From: Leucoraja erinacea
Taxonomy: Eukaryota
Direction of reading: 5' to 3'
DNA length: 64,000 nt
NCBI RefSeq assembly: GCF_028641065.1
Contig: NC_073399.1
Location: 32,612,001-32,676,000 of the forward strand
Below the pieces are notes generated by a model. It was not told the DNA's origin. It searched no databases and saw only the letters and a program-made list of their open reading frames with translations. A program made the translations under genes and the position numbers. How positions within the stretch are numbered: position 1 is the stretch's first letter; every line of letters begins with the position of its first letter. Shown in pieces: positions 25,826 to 38,764 of the stretch.

Positions 25826-26820
25826 CAGGGCCGGATTTAGATGAAGAGAGGTACTAGGCTATTCCACTTGTGAAGACACCTTCCAATCCCCCACCCCCAC
25901 GAAGAGAGGAAGATGGAAGAGTCCACCAGATTGACACTGATGTGCAGTTGAGCATGGCCAATGGAATGTAATGGAATGCCTTTTATTGTCATTCAAACAA
26001 CTAGGTTTCAACGAAATTTCATTTTCTACAGTTTTTACATTACAAAAAAACCCAAGACACACACTTAACACACTGTTCCAGCTGCTACTGTCAGGCAAAC
26101 GCCTCCGTTGCCATGCGGTTAGAACGGAGAGGTTGAGAAGGAGTTTCTTCCCAGAGGCCATTCGGGCTGTAAACGCCTATCTCACCAGGGACTAACTCTA
26201 CTGAACGTTTTTCCTTCCATTATTTATTATGTAAAAGAATATGTGTGTTATGATTGTGTTTATAATTTGTTTGGTTGTTTTGTTGTTTGTCTTTTGCACA
26301 AAAGTCCGCGAGCATTGCCACTTTCATTTCACTGCACATCTCGTATGTGTATGTGACAAATAAACATGACTCGACTTCTTGACTTGACTTACATAAACAT
26401 CCATCTCCAACACCTCCTCACTGTGATGGAAAGCAAAGTCTTATCTCTTCCCTTTGTTCTTCTCCCACGGTCCAGCAGTCCAACTGCAGCATCGAGACGA
26501 ACTGGGGCGCCAGTTAAGCCCCCGGCGGGTGATGGTGAGTCCTGTGGTCGTTTAAGCCGCGCCGAGCTATGTTAGTCCCCCGGCTCCGTGTCCTTTAAAC
26601 CCCACAATTCCAGCGGTAGAAGTTGCCATTGCGGTCTCCCACCCGGGACCTGCGAGCTCCTGATGTTACTGTCCACCGGGCTTGTGGTCGGAGCCTCCGA
26701 AACTCCAAAGTCGGGTCGCTGCCGTGCGCCCCTACAGCTCTTCCCACTCCGAAGATGGCCAGCTCCACGATGTCAGTCCTCGGCTTCAGCCTAAGAGGCC
26801 TAAAGGTAAATCTGGCTCTG
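25826..26820 (-). mobile_element. Second copy of the same non-autonomous hAT family, opposite orientation, inserted in an HE1 SINE tail; contains nested Rex1 and GC-rich retroposon pieces
   Basis: TIRs CAGGGCCGGATTTA / TAAATCTGGCTCTG; perfect TSD GTCTGTTT (25818-25825, 26821-26828). 25826-25960 is the reverse-complement homologue of about 24670-24804. Confidence 0.85.
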
Positions 26821-27092
26821 GTCTGTTTCTACGCTGTATCTCTGAACTAAACTAAAATAAACATGAACTGTAGTCCTGTGACTCTCCTCGTGTGGTCCAA
26901 TGGCAGAATTTGGTCAGCAATTTGATGAGGACATCACCATTAGAACTATCCTTAAAGATACTGAGCTCCAGAGAGCAAGTTTCCATCCGGACCTCAGCTG
27001 CCACCTGTGTGAAGCTTACACCTTCTCCTGTAACCGCATGGGTTTCCGCTGGGTGTTCCAGTTTCCCCACACATCCCATAAAAGTGTAAGAT

Positions 27093-27312
27093 GGGACAAC
27101 AGATGGCGCAATGGGCTAAGTGTTTGGCTGGCGACCGGAAGGTAGCCGGTTCGAATCCCGCTTGGAGTGCATACTGTCGTTGCGTCCTTGGGGCAAGACA
27201 CTTCACCCACCTTTGCCTGTGTGTAAATGTAATGTAATTATGTGAAGCACTTTGGGGTCAATGCAAGTTGATTAAAAATGTGCTATATAAATAAGATTAT
27301 TACTATTATTAT
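27093..27312 (+). mobile_element. tRNA-derived SINE with CORE/AFC-like body and L2-derived tail
   Basis: A-box-like tggcgcaatgg, B-box ggttcgaatccc, body gtccttggggcaagacacttcacc, tail tgtgaagcactttg...aaatgtgctatataaata + (ATT)n. Confidence 0.75.
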
Positions 27313-28231
27313 TAAGATAGAAGGCTGATTCCCTTTCATCAGAGATGTTGCCTGACCCGCTGAGTTACTCCAGTATTTTGAGTCTATCTTCGGTATAAAC
27401 CAGCACCTGCAGTTCCTTCCTACGCATAGAAGTAGTCTCCAAACTAAATGACACCCGAGGTATTGGTCAAATGCGCAACTAGAACATTTGAGGGAGTGGA
27501 TGCGATAGTGGGATAACATGAACAGATGATCGATGGTCGGCATGGATTCATTGGGCCGAAGGGCCTGTTTCCATGCTGTATTTCTAAACTAAATTTCCTC
27601 TAATCTCCATTAGACTTCTGGAAAATATGAATGAAGATTTGCATAAGGGAAGGCACTGGTGCCTTCGTAGTCATCTTGCCACCCGTTGAATATCCTGTTG
27701 ATCACACTACATGCCTACCCACGTATGTGTCAGTTACACGAAATTGTCTTGGAAAGATAAAAATGTTCTGTTTTATGTAGTTTCCTCCACTTCCCATAAA
27801 GCGATCATAATGCAGAACGTAGACACCATTGAGGAACAATTTCCAGAACTAGACCTTACAGTATATGAGTGCTAATGTTGTTATTCTTTTCATGGTTTCC
27901 ACCTTAACGTCATTTCTCCAAAGGGCAACAGTTCTAAGGGCTGTGCAGTAATCATTTGATGGTATAAAGGATTGCCGAGATTTTACTTGAATTTAGTTAT
28001 TTTCCAATTTTAGGTAACTAACCCACAAACATCCCACTTCTCCCCCAAGATCCTCCCTTTCATACCCTCCCCCCCCACCCCCACCCCCCCACCCCCTCCT
28101 CCTCCCTCCTCCCCACATCCCCTCCACCCATCCCTTCCACAACACAATTCACAACTGATTCACCCTCAGGTTTCACAAGTCAAAACCCTTTATCCTTTTT
28201 GGGTTCACACCTGGTTTTTGTCCAACAATCT

Positions 28232-28742
28232 GAATTGAATAATTGAATTGAATTGAATAACCTTTAATAATCCTTTACAGGAAATTACAGTGCCACAACA
28301 GCTTCAAGACAGACATAACACCACACATTTCCTCAGATAGCTTCAATACTTAATAAGTTAAAATACAATGAATGAATACTAAAAAAAAATCCAAAATTAT
28401 TTTTGTGCATTATAAAACCTTATAGCAGCTGGTATACAAGACTTCCTATATCTCTCCGTTTTGCACATTGGTGCAATCAGTCTCTGACTGAAGATGCTGC
28501 ACTTGATCACCTTCAGGGCGTGGAGTGGGTGAGTGGGGTTGGTCATTATTGAACCTAGTTTGTTCAGAGTTCTGACCTCTGCCACCTGCTGGCCCGTTAG
28601 TTGCTCAGCCCCAACCACTGAGCCGGCCTTCCTGATCAGCTTGTCCAGTCTGTTTTTGTCCGCTATGCGGGCGCCTTCTCCCCAACAGGCCACAGCAAAA
28701 AACAGAGCACTGGCCACCACTGAATGGTAGACACTGCACAGT
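28232..28742 (-). mobile_element. Rex1/Babar 3' fragment (distinct subfamily)
   Basis: VASALFFAVACWG..DKNRLDKLIRKAGSVVG..NPTHPLH..TERYRKSCIPAAIRFYN; (TTCAA)n tail. Confidence 0.85.
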
Positions 28743-28999
28743 AGGGGTTGGCAGATCTGCCTATCAAATTACCCCCTTGCCTATGTTCATCTAATACTGT
28801 CCATGCTCTGTCCTGCCCCTCTTCTCTTCCAACTTTCCTTCCCATGCTCCCAGCAATCAGTCTCAGGAACGGTCCCAACCCGAATCATCACCTATCCATG
28901 TTCTCTAGAGAAGCTGCCTGATTCGCTGAGTTACTCCAGCACTTTGTGTCATTCTTCAGTGAAGATCCTGTTCTGCATGTTGTCCTGTCAAGGCATATT

Positions 29000-29300
29000 A
29001 TACATGCGCACGTATAGACCCTTTTCTGGAACAGCACGCATAGAGTTGCCACGCTCAGGCGAGGTCACCTGGCAACTGTAGGGCCTCCCGCAGCCGCCTG
29101 TGCCAACGCCATGAAACACAACCACCGTAAACCCACCATCCATCACCTCCAGCTATCGTCCCTCCACACCGTGTCAAGCCTCGCTTCCTGAGCAGACCAC
29201 GGAACTGCAGGATGCTTACTGACGGTGCGGGAGGTGAATTCACAGACCGTTCACAGCTACCGACTGTCCCCTTCACCTTCCTCCACCGCCATCTTGCGTG
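29000..29300 (-). promoter_or_regulatory. CpG-enriched promoter-like region with candidate non-coding first exon (about 29296-29220)
   Basis: YY1 motif CCGCCATCTTG (29286-29296), donor TCA|GTAAGCA at 29219, X-box-like GGTCACCTGGCAAC (29063-29076), CATGCGCACGTA at about 29003. Unique sequence. Confidence 0.55.
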
Positions 29301-29664
29301 TACTCTAGAGTGGAGCTAGGGCAAACAACCTCATGGCCTACAGCAACTAATGGTAGCCACTGAGCCTTTAAATCACACACTTTCTCCAGGATTAATAGTA
29401 TTGTTCCGTTACAATAAAAGTGTAAGTTTTATACACTAATTTTTGGCCCAGAAGAAAACATTCATAGAACATAGAACATAGAACACAGAACATAGAAGCA
29501 CAGGAATTAGCCCTTTGGCCTACAGCGTTTGTGCCAAACACAATGGCAAGTTTAACTAATCTCATCTGCCTGTGATCCACATTCCACCATTCCTTGCACT
29601 TCCATCTTCGTCTTCTTTCGTGTGGCATGCACAGCTTAAAGTTGTAGGACATGATGAGTAATGG

Positions 29665-30720
29665 TGGATGGCTGTTTGTTAGGTTGGAGGCGGTGACTAG
29701 TGGGGTGCCACAGGGATCTGTGTTGGGTCCACTGTTGTTTGTCGTGTACATCAATGATCTGGATGATGGTGTGGTAAATTGGATTAGTAAGTATGCAGAT
29801 GATACTAAGATAGGTGGTGTTGTGGATAATGAAGTAGATTTTCAAAGTCTACAGAGAGATTTAGGCCATTTGGAAGAGTGGGCTGAAAGATGGCAGATGG
29901 AGTTTAATGCTGATAAGTGTGAGGTGCTACATCTTGGCAGGACAAATCAAAATAGGACGTACATGGTAAATGGTAGTGATTTGAGGAATGCAGTTGAACA
30001 GAGGGATCTAGGAATAACTGTGCACAGTTCCCTGAAGGTCGAATCTCATGTAGTTAGGGTGGTAAAGAAAGCTTTTGGTGTGCTGGCCTTTATAAATCAG
30101 AGCATTGAGTATAGGAGTTGGGATGTAATGTTAAAATTGTACAAGGCATTGGTGAGACCAAGTCTGGAGTATGGTGTACAATTTTGGTCGCCTAATTATA
30201 GGAAGGATGTCAACAAAATAGAGAGAGTACAGAGGAGATTTACTAGAATGTTGCCTGGGTTTCATCAACTAAGTTACAGAGAAAGGTTGAACAAGTTAGG
30301 TCTTTATTCTTTGGAGTGCAGAAGGTTAAGGGGGGACTTGATAGAGGTCTTTAAAATGATGAGAGGGATAGACAGAGTTGACGTGGATAAGCTTTTCCCA
30401 TTGAGAGTAGGGAAGATTCAAACAAGAGGACATGACTTCAGAATTAAGGGACAGAAGTTTAGGGGTAACATGAGGGGGAACTTCTTTACTCAGAGAGTGG
30501 TGGCTGTGTGGAATGAGCTTCCAGTGGAAGTGGTGGAGGAAGGTTCGATTTTATCATTTAAAAATAAATTGGGTAGGTATATGGACAGGAAAGGATTGGA
30601 GGGTTATGGTCTGAGTGCAGGTAGATGGGACTAGGGGAGAATAAGTGTTCGGCACGGACTAGAAGGGCCGAGATGGCCTGTTTTCGTGCTATAATTGTTA
30701 TATGGTTATATGGTTATAGG
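29665..30720 (+). mobile_element. CR1 LINE, second family: RT C-terminal half with uninterrupted frame
   Basis: 327-aa [38 protein letters not shown]; (TATGGT)-type tail. Further copies at about 48760-49210 and 59762-60220. Confidence 0.95.
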
Positions 30721-31271
30721 CATATGGAAGTGCAAGGAATGGTGGAATATGGATCACAGGCATTGGTCTCTGACAAGAAATTCCCCAATTCAATTAGTTT
30801 AAATCTGACTACTTAAACAACTTCAGAACAGCAGGTTCAAAATGACCAAAATAAATTAAGTTAATTTACTGTTACACAATTTAATGTTTAACGATTCACT
30901 AATACTATATTGTCACTTACAGTGAAATTCTTTGGTTTTGCATGCAATGTACAAAGTACGCAAATAATCTAGTACAAGTACACGTATCTAGCGCAGATGA
31001 GGTTACAAAGTACTCATTAGTACTCAATTGGCCTGCCATGTCCTTGTTCCCCATGATCAACTCACCTGTTTCTGACTGCAAGAGACCTACATTTTTTTAA
31101 ACTAATCTTTTCTCTTCACATACCTATAAAAACTTTTGCAGTCAGTTTTTATGTTCCCTGCCAGTTTTCTTTCATAATCTATTTTCCCTTTTCTAATTAA
31201 GCCCTTTGTGCTCCTCTGATGGACTCTGAATTTTTCCCAGTCCTCTGGTAGGCTGCTTTTTCTGGCTAATT

Positions 31272-32195
31272 TGTATTGTATTTTGTATTGTATTGTATTG
31301 TATTCAAATTTATTGTCATTGTCCCAATTTGGGACAACGAAATGAATTTCCCTTACAGGCAGTATCATAAAAAAATCACAAAGAAATAATAAAAATAAAT
31401 AATAAATAAATAATAAAACATATTAAAAATAAAATTGAAATTGAATTAAAATGTAAAAAAAGCACAAATACAGAAGTCCACGACACAACATAACATAAAT
31501 GGCACCAAGGTGAGGATGGCACCATAGTCCAGCCAGCCTCCCCTCCATGTTCATCCGTGGTCGGGGCCTTCCGAGCACCCGCAGTTGCCGCCCCGGGTGG
31601 CCCGATGTTCAGGCCCTCACGCCGGGCTGGTGGAATGCCGACGCCGAACCCCGATGGTGAGCAGCCTCCTCCTCAGCGGCCCGGACCTTCTGATCAGCCG
31701 CCTCCCGCTGCTGGAGTCTGCAGCTCCTGAGTCCGCAGGCCGAGCCGGGCAGAGTCGCAGGACCCCGCGTTGTAGTCAGCGCCGCCCGCGTTGGGAGCTC
31801 CGCAAACCGCAGCTCCAGGATGTCGGCAGCAGGTCCAGCACTCCGGGCTCCAGATGGCGACCCCCGGTAAGGCATCGCCAGCCCCGCGATGTTCCAGCGC
31901 TGTCCATCAGCGCCGCTGCTGGAGCTCTGGTCGATCCTGGCAGGAAAGGCCGCGCCAATCCAGGCAGGTAGGCCGCTGTGGGGGGAGGGGGGGGGGCGAG
32001 GACGCGACTCGAATAATAGTCGCGTCCTCACCAGGAAGCGACTGAAGTACGGTATCCCCCGCACCCTGCCCTCTTCCCCCACATAAAGACACCAAAAAAC
32101 ACAAAAAAACACACTTTAACATAACCAAATAAACAAAAAAACAAAAAGATACCGGGCTGTAGGTGGAGGCTGCTGGCACCAGCGCCACCGGAAGT
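31272..32195 (-). mobile_element. GC-rich non-coding retroposon with Rex1-type 3' stem-loop and (AATAC)n tail
   Basis: Same modular layout as 33765-34565 and 52092-53005; no TE-like ORF. Confidence 0.6.
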
Positions 32196-32219
32196 ATAAT
32201 TTGTATGCTTCATCTTCAA

Positions 32220-35200
32220 CAAAACGCTTGTTGGAGTGGTATATAGACAACCAAACATCTGTAGAGAGGTTGGGGATAGCATCAAGCAGGAAATTAGGGA
32301 TGCGTGTAGCAAAGGTACAGCAGTTATCATGGGTAACTTTAACCTACATATGGATTGGGCTAACCAGATTGGTAACAGTGCTAAGGAGGAGGATTTCCTG
32401 GAATGTATACGGGATGTGTTTTAATCCAATATGTAGAGGAACCAAATAGAGGGCAGGACACCTTAGACTGGGGTATTGTGTAATGAGGAAGGATTAGTCA
32501 GAAATCTTGTTGTGCAAGGCCCCTTGGGCAACAGTGACTATAATATGGCGAAATTATGCATTAGGATGGAGGGTGACATGGTTATTTCAGAGACTAGGGT
32601 CCTGGACTTTTACAAAGTAGACTTTGAAGGTATGAGATGGGAAATGGCAAGGATAGACTGGCAAATTATACTTAAAGGGTTGACAGTGGAGATGCAATGG
32701 CAAAGATTGATGGACTCCAAAAATTGCTTATCCCTGTCTCGCGAAAAAATAAAATGGGGAAGGCAGCTCAACCGTGGCTGCTGAGGGAAGTCAAGGACAG
32801 TGTTAAAGCTAAGGAAGAGGCATATAAATTGGCCAGAAGAACCGACAAACCAGAGGACTGGGAGAAATTTAGAACTCAACAGAGGACAAAGGGGTTAGTT
32901 AAGAGCAGGGAAGAAAGAGTACGAAAGAAAGCTTGCAGGGAATATAAAAACTGACTGTAAAAGTTTCTATAGGTATGTAAAAAAGGAAATTTGTAAAGAC
33001 GAATGTAGGTTCCTTACAGTCAGAGACAGGTGAATTTATAATGGGAAACAAGGAAATGGCACAACAGTTAAACGAGTACTTTGGTTCTGTCTTCACAAAC
33101 AATCTCCCATAAATACAAGGGGACTGAGGATCTAGTGGGAGGGAGGAACTAAAGGGAGGAACTAAAGGGGGTGCACATTAGAGATTAATGGTTTCCCCCA
33201 CAGGAAAGTGTGGAAAGCAGTGACAGGATCGGTCAAAGTCAGCATGGACTTATGAAGGGGAAATTTGCTTAACTAATCTTTTGGAATTTTTTGATGCTGG
33301 ACGTAATAAGTAGAATGGATAAGGAAGAGCCAGTGGATGTGGTGTATCTGGACTTTCAAAAAGCCTTTGACAAGATCCCACACAAGAGATTAGTGGGATT
33401 AAATGTAACATCTTAGTGTGGAAAATGGGCACATGGTATTGGGGGTAGAGTATTGACATGGATAGAGAACTGGTTGGCAGACAGGAAGCAAAGAGTAGGA
33501 ATTAATGGCTCCTTTTCAGAATGGCAGGCAGTGACGAGTGGAGTGCCGCAAGGCTCGGTGATGGGATCCCAGTTACTTACAATATATATTAACGATTTAG
33601 GGAATTAAATGTGACATCTCCAAGTTTGTGGATGACACAAAGCTGGGTGGCAGTGTGAGCTGTGAGGAGAATGCTATGAGGCTGCAGGGTGACTTGGACA
33701 GGTTGGGAGAGTGGGCAGAAGCATGGCAGATGCAGTATAATGTGGATAAATGTGGTTGTGGGTGTGGCGGTGCCTATCAGAGGCGCAACTACAGTCCGTC
33801 TGTTTTTTTTTAATTTTGTCTTGTTAAAAGTATGTCTTGAATCTATTTTTTTTATTATTTTAGCTGTGTATATGTGGGGGGTGGGGGGGGGGGGGCTGTG
33901 GGGGAAACCGTTAATCTCTTCCCTGAACGGGAACCCGACTTTTTCCCTGTCGGGTCTCCGCTGTCGTTGGGCCTAACATCGAGGAGCCGGTGGCGGCCTC
34001 CGGCCGGGACCAACCTGAGGGCTCCAGTCGCGGAGCCTGCGGACCTGACATTGTGGAGCTGGCCGTCTTCGGAGCGGGAAGAACTGTGGTGGCGCGCAGC
34101 TGCGACCCGACTTCAGAGCTTTGGAGGCTCCTGCCACAAGCCCAGTGGACAGGAACATCGGGAGCTTGCGGGTCCCTGGTGGGAGACCGCTTTTCGGAGC
34201 TCCCACAACGGCAACTTCTCCCACTGGAGTCGCGGGGTTTAAAGGACTCGGAGCGGGGCGTAACATCACCCGGCGCGGCATAAACGGCCACAGGACTTAC
34301 CATTGCCCGCAGGGGGCTTTAACATCGGGAGCCCCAGTTCGCCTCGACACTGCATATGGACTCCTGAACCGCAGGAGAAGAACAAGGGAAGAGATAAGAC
34401 TTTGCCTTCCATCACAGTGAGGAGTTGTTGGAGATTCACTGTGATGGATGTTTGTGTAAACTGTGTTAAGTGTGGGTCTTGGCTTTTTTGTAACGTAAAA
34501 CTGTAGAAAATGCAATTTTGTTCAAACCAAGTTGTTTGAATGACAATAAAAGGCATTCCATTCCAAATGTGAGTTATTCATTTTGGTGGCAAGAACAGGA
34601 AGGCAGATTTATTTACAGAAGGCAGAGAAGTAAGCATGCAGGTACAGCAGGCAGAGAAGAAAGCCAATGGCATGGCAGCCTTCATAGCGAGAGGATTTTA
34701 GTTTAGGAGCAAGGAGGTCCTATTGCAGTTGTACAGGGCCCTGGTGAGACTGCACCTGGAGTATTGTGTGCAATTTTGGTCACCTAATTTGAGGAAGGAC
34801 AGTCTTGCTATTGAAGGAGTGCGGCGTAGGTTCACCAGGTTAATTCCCAGGATGGCATATGATGAAAGAATAAGCCCACTGGGCTTGTATTCACTGGAAT
34901 TTAGAGAATGAGAGGAGATCTTATCGAAACATATAGCATTCTTAAAGGATTGGATAGGCTAGATGTAGGGGAAATGTTCCCGATGTTGGGGGAGTCGAGA
35001 ACCAAGGGTCACAGTTTAAGAATAAGGGTAGGCCATTTAGTACTGAGATGAAGAAAACCTTTTTCACCCAGTGAGTTGTGAACTGTGGAATTCTCTGCCA
35101 CAGAAGGCAGTGGAGACCAATTTACTCGATGTTTTCAAGAGGGATTTAGATTTAGCTCTTAGGGCTGAAGGAATCATGGGATGTGGGGAAAAGCAGGAAC

Positions 35201-35298
35201 GGGATACTGATTTTGGACGATCAGCCATGATCATATTGAATGGCGGTGCTCTCAAAGGATGAATGGCCTAGTCCTGCAGCTATTTTCTATGTTTCTAT
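32220..35298 (+). mobile_element. Older, frameshifted CR1 ORF2 copy interrupted at about 33765-34565
   Basis: Fragments IMGNFNLH, GNSDYNM, DFQKAFDK, DDTKLGG, HLEYCVQFWSP in collinear order. Confidence 0.9.
33765..34565 (+). mobile_element. GC-rich non-coding retroposon with Rex1-type 3' end and (ATTCC)n tail
   Basis: Cleanly interrupts CR1 (taaatgtg...aaatgtgag). An inverted homologue lies at about 25960-26782. Confidence 0.65.
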
Positions 35299-35934
35299 TG
35301 CTGTATTGGGCCAGGATTAATGTTAAACAGTTGCTTGGTAGTTGCTTGAATATGAAGGTGCAGTTTAAAATGAGCACAAAATGAACACAACCACAACCTT
35401 CAAAGCCACTGCATGTCTGCAGGTAACCTCATCTGTGGGACTTTGTTCATCGGGTAGTCAGTTGCCTGTTTGAACCTTCTGAACCTTCTGAATTGTGTAG
35501 TCGGCAGGGCAGTATATTGTCAACTTGGACAATTTTACATTTTTATCAAGCCAATTAACCTACAAACCTGTACGTCTTTGGAGTGTGGGAGGAAACCGAA
35601 GATCTCGGAGAAAACCCACGGAGAGAATGTACAAACTCAATACAGACAGCACCCATAGTCGGGATCGAACCCGGGTCTCTGGCGCTGCATTTTGCCGTAA
35701 GGCAGCAACTCTACCGCTGTGCCACCGTTTGCACGTTGAAGAGATTGTGTGCCGCGCACTGCCTGTTTATTCCACGGTGGGGTCATAGTCAAGACACAAG
35801 CGTCAAGAGCATTTCATAGTACTGAAACAAAATTCTTACTTGCAACAGCATAGCAGACCTATACAATACTCATAGATTACAGAATTAACAAACAAAATAA
35901 GAAGACACAAAACATTGTAGTAACTCAGCAAAGA

Positions 35935-36082
35935 GTGTGTGAGCGATTGTGTGTGAGTGTGAGTTTGTGAGTGTGCATGTGTGTGGGAGTGTGCGTGTGA
36001 GTGTGTGTAACAGTTCGTGTGTGAGTGACTGTGTGTGAGTGTGTGTGTGCGTGCATAAGCGTGTGTGTGTGTGTGTGTGTGT
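35935..36082. repeat. (GT)n/(GTGA)n compound microsatellite
   Basis: Directly visible. Confidence 0.95.
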
Positions 36083-36356
36083 AAAGTCCGCAGGCAAGCT
36101 TACATCTTGTTTTTCTCCGAACAGCTGTCTCTGGTGCAGGCTAATCTTCATTTTGACATACTTGTAACCAATGCTTTTTCCACAGATAAACGTGTGCATG
36201 CGATGTTACAGTTCATGTGACATTACTGACTGCTAAACATCAACCGAGTTTTGTAACTTTTAGAGATGCATTACAAAAAACAAAAACACTGCTGGTAACT
36301 TAATGAACCAATCAAACACTAGGGGGCATAGCTTTAAGATGAGGATTTTAAAGGAG

Positions 36357-36772
36357 ACTAGACCAAGTGCAGACCCGTTGGGACCCCGTTCCCAACGCAA
36401 TGTTCCACCACTCACCCGTCGCCCCAACTGCGCAGGCGCAGCTGACAAGTGGAAGCGCGACTGCCAGGTTTATTAAAGTTTAAAATGTCAATAACTTGTA
36501 AAATATAACATCAATGTACACAAAACCTGTTTAATACACAACGCTGGACACTGGTGAGTAAGGTGTATAAACATGTACAATAACTTAGGATCCACACATC
36601 AATAAAAGTTGTTTATTATAGAAAACATTTAGTAAACATGGGTCAGGTCAACTAATACTGATTGATCTACAAGGTGAGCCTAAAATTGCCACTCTGTCAT
36701 GTACCGTTTTGGTTGTACTTCAGGAACAAACAAACAAACAAACATACAAGATGAGAGTTTTAGTAATATAGA
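36357..36772 (+). mobile_element. Non-autonomous Helitron/Helentron-like (DINE/Lep1-type) element inside a CR1 remnant
   Basis: Starts ACTAGACCAAG..GACCCGTTGGG, has an (ACAA)n tract near the 3' end and ends ttttagtaatataga. Host CR1 resumes (aaaggag|atgtgc) without a clear TSD. Confidence 0.5.
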
Positions 36773-37777
36773 GATGTGCAGACAACTTTTTTACACAGAA
36801 GGTGGTGAGTGCCTGGAACGCGCACCAGTATTGGTGGTCGAGGCATATACAATGGTGGCATTGAAGAGGCTTTTGGATAGGCACATGGATATGCAGGGAA
36901 TGGAGGGATATTGATTATGTGCAGGCTAGATAGGAGATGGTATCAGCGTTAGGTTCAGCACAGACAGTGAGCCAAAGGGCCTGTTCTTGTGCTGTACTGG
37001 TCTATGTTCCATGATCTATTATCTCTGTTCTGTCGTTCATAGGCAAAATACAGGTAAGTATCAAGCTTGATTGTGGCCTGAAGTACAAGCATAAACAATT
37101 CCTGCCACCTTTCATATTATTTCAGTTTTCATATTTGTTCTGGTCACCCGTATACAGGATAGATATGGAGGCTTTGGCGTGAGTGCAGAAGAGGTTTACC
37201 AGAATGTTGCCTATATTACAGGGGATTAGCTACAATGAGAGGTTGGGCAAACTTGAATTGTTTCCACAAGTGAATCGGAAGTTGGGGGCAGACCTGATAG
37301 AAGTATATAACATGATGAAAGGCAGAGACTGGGTAGACATTCAGAACCTTTTTCCCAGGGCAGAAGTGTCCAAAGCAAGAGGCCATAGCTTTATGTGAGA
37401 GAGGCAAAGTTTAATGGAGATGTACAAGATAAATATTTTACACAGAGGGTGGTGGGTGCCTTGAATGTGCTGCCTGGGGTGGTGTTTGAAGCAGATACAG
37501 TAGATACATTTAAGAGGCTAAGAGGCACATGGATATGCAGGGAATAGAGGGATATGGATCATGTGCAGGCAGATTAGCTGAACTTGACACCATGTTTGGC
37601 ACAGATATTGTGGGCTGAATGGCCTGTTTCTGTGCTGCACTGTTCTATGTCCTATGTTCTATATTTACATACACCATAAAAGAAAACCATACAGTGCATT
37701 CCCTCATGTTACTTTGGACTTTAGATAGAGATACAGTGTGGAAACAGGATCATCGGACCAAATCTGCCCCAACAGCG

Positions 37778-38208
37778 ATCTTCTTGGTTCTTGGTTTCTT
37801 GGTCCTCCAAAATATTCCAACTGGGATTTAATCTGGAGGCGGTGAAGGGAGGGATTAAGCTAGAAAGGGTTATTGGGAAGAAAGAGCTACTTTAAATTTA
37901 GTTGCATCTGGTTGGGTAACTATAGTTTGGTGGAGATTATTCCATGCTTTAATTGTGCGGGGGAAGAACGAATTGCTGTACACATCTGTCTTTGTAGCTG
38001 GGATCACAAATTGGATCGAATGCCCTCGTCTGCTCCTAATTGGTTTGGGTTTGGTGTAGGTCTTGTAATCTATGTCGAGCTGACCATTTAACATTTTGTA
38101 AAAACAGGTCAAACGGTGAGCTTCACGTGTGTCTGTCTTGGAGAGGGTTCCACCCCAGAGAATTCAGAAGTTTGGTGACACTCGCTTCTCTCTTATAGGT
38201 GTTAGTAA
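37778..38208 (-). mobile_element. 3' fragment of a divergent CR1/L2-group LINE
   Basis: FYKMLNG..RSRRGHSIQFVIPATKTDVYSNSFFPRTIKAWNNL; (AAGAACC)n tail. Second split copy at about 21915-21980 plus 22200-22310. Confidence 0.75.
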
Positions 38209-38764
38209 CCCCGTACACAAACACTGTTAGTAACCCCGCACACGAACACTAGGGACAATTTTACAACTTACTGAAGCCAATTAACCTACAAACCTGTACA
38301 TCTTTGGAGTGTGGGAGGAAAGCGGAGGACTCAGAGGAAACCCACACCTTCACAGGGAGAACGTATAAACTCCGTGCAGACAGCACCCGTAGACAGGATT
38401 GGGCCCAGGTCTCTTGCACTGTAAGGCAGCAGGTATACTGCTACGCCACAGTGCCGCTCCACTTATATCCCTGTTCCCACCTCCATGACCAGCAACTCCC
38501 CAGTTCTCTCACCACCCTCCTGCACTAAGGGCAGTTCACAGCCACCGATGAATCATTCAACTGTTACGTCCATGGCTTGTGGGAGTAAACCTGGACACCT
38601 GGGGGAAGCCCACGTGGTCACACGAGGAAGTGCAGATTTGACACGGACAGCACTCAGGTCAGGTCAGGATTGAACTGGCTCTCTGGAGCAGTGAGATTGT
38701 TGCACTAACAGCAGTGCCAACATGCCACTCACACCCTTAAAGTAAACTGAAATGTGTCAAAAGC

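Noticed and set aside
26900-27145. ORF MAEFGQQFDEDITIRTILKDTELQ...
   Set aside because: Runs directly into SINE sequence; no splice support.
27093-27165. tRNA-like sequence with A and B boxes (also all HE1 heads)
   Set aside because: SINE heads; no complete cloverleaf, and they continue into SINE body and tail.
27781-27875. Plus-strand acceptor followed by SSTSHKAIIMQNVDTIEEQFPELDLTVYEC*, resembling a receptor tail exon
   Set aside because: No upstream plus-strand coding exons or recognisable homology; compatible with chance.
31585-34420. Numerous overlapping 60-190 aa ORFs in GC-rich blocks (also 52048-52936)
   Set aside because: Stop-poor GC-rich repeat sequence, open on both strands, with no domain motifs.
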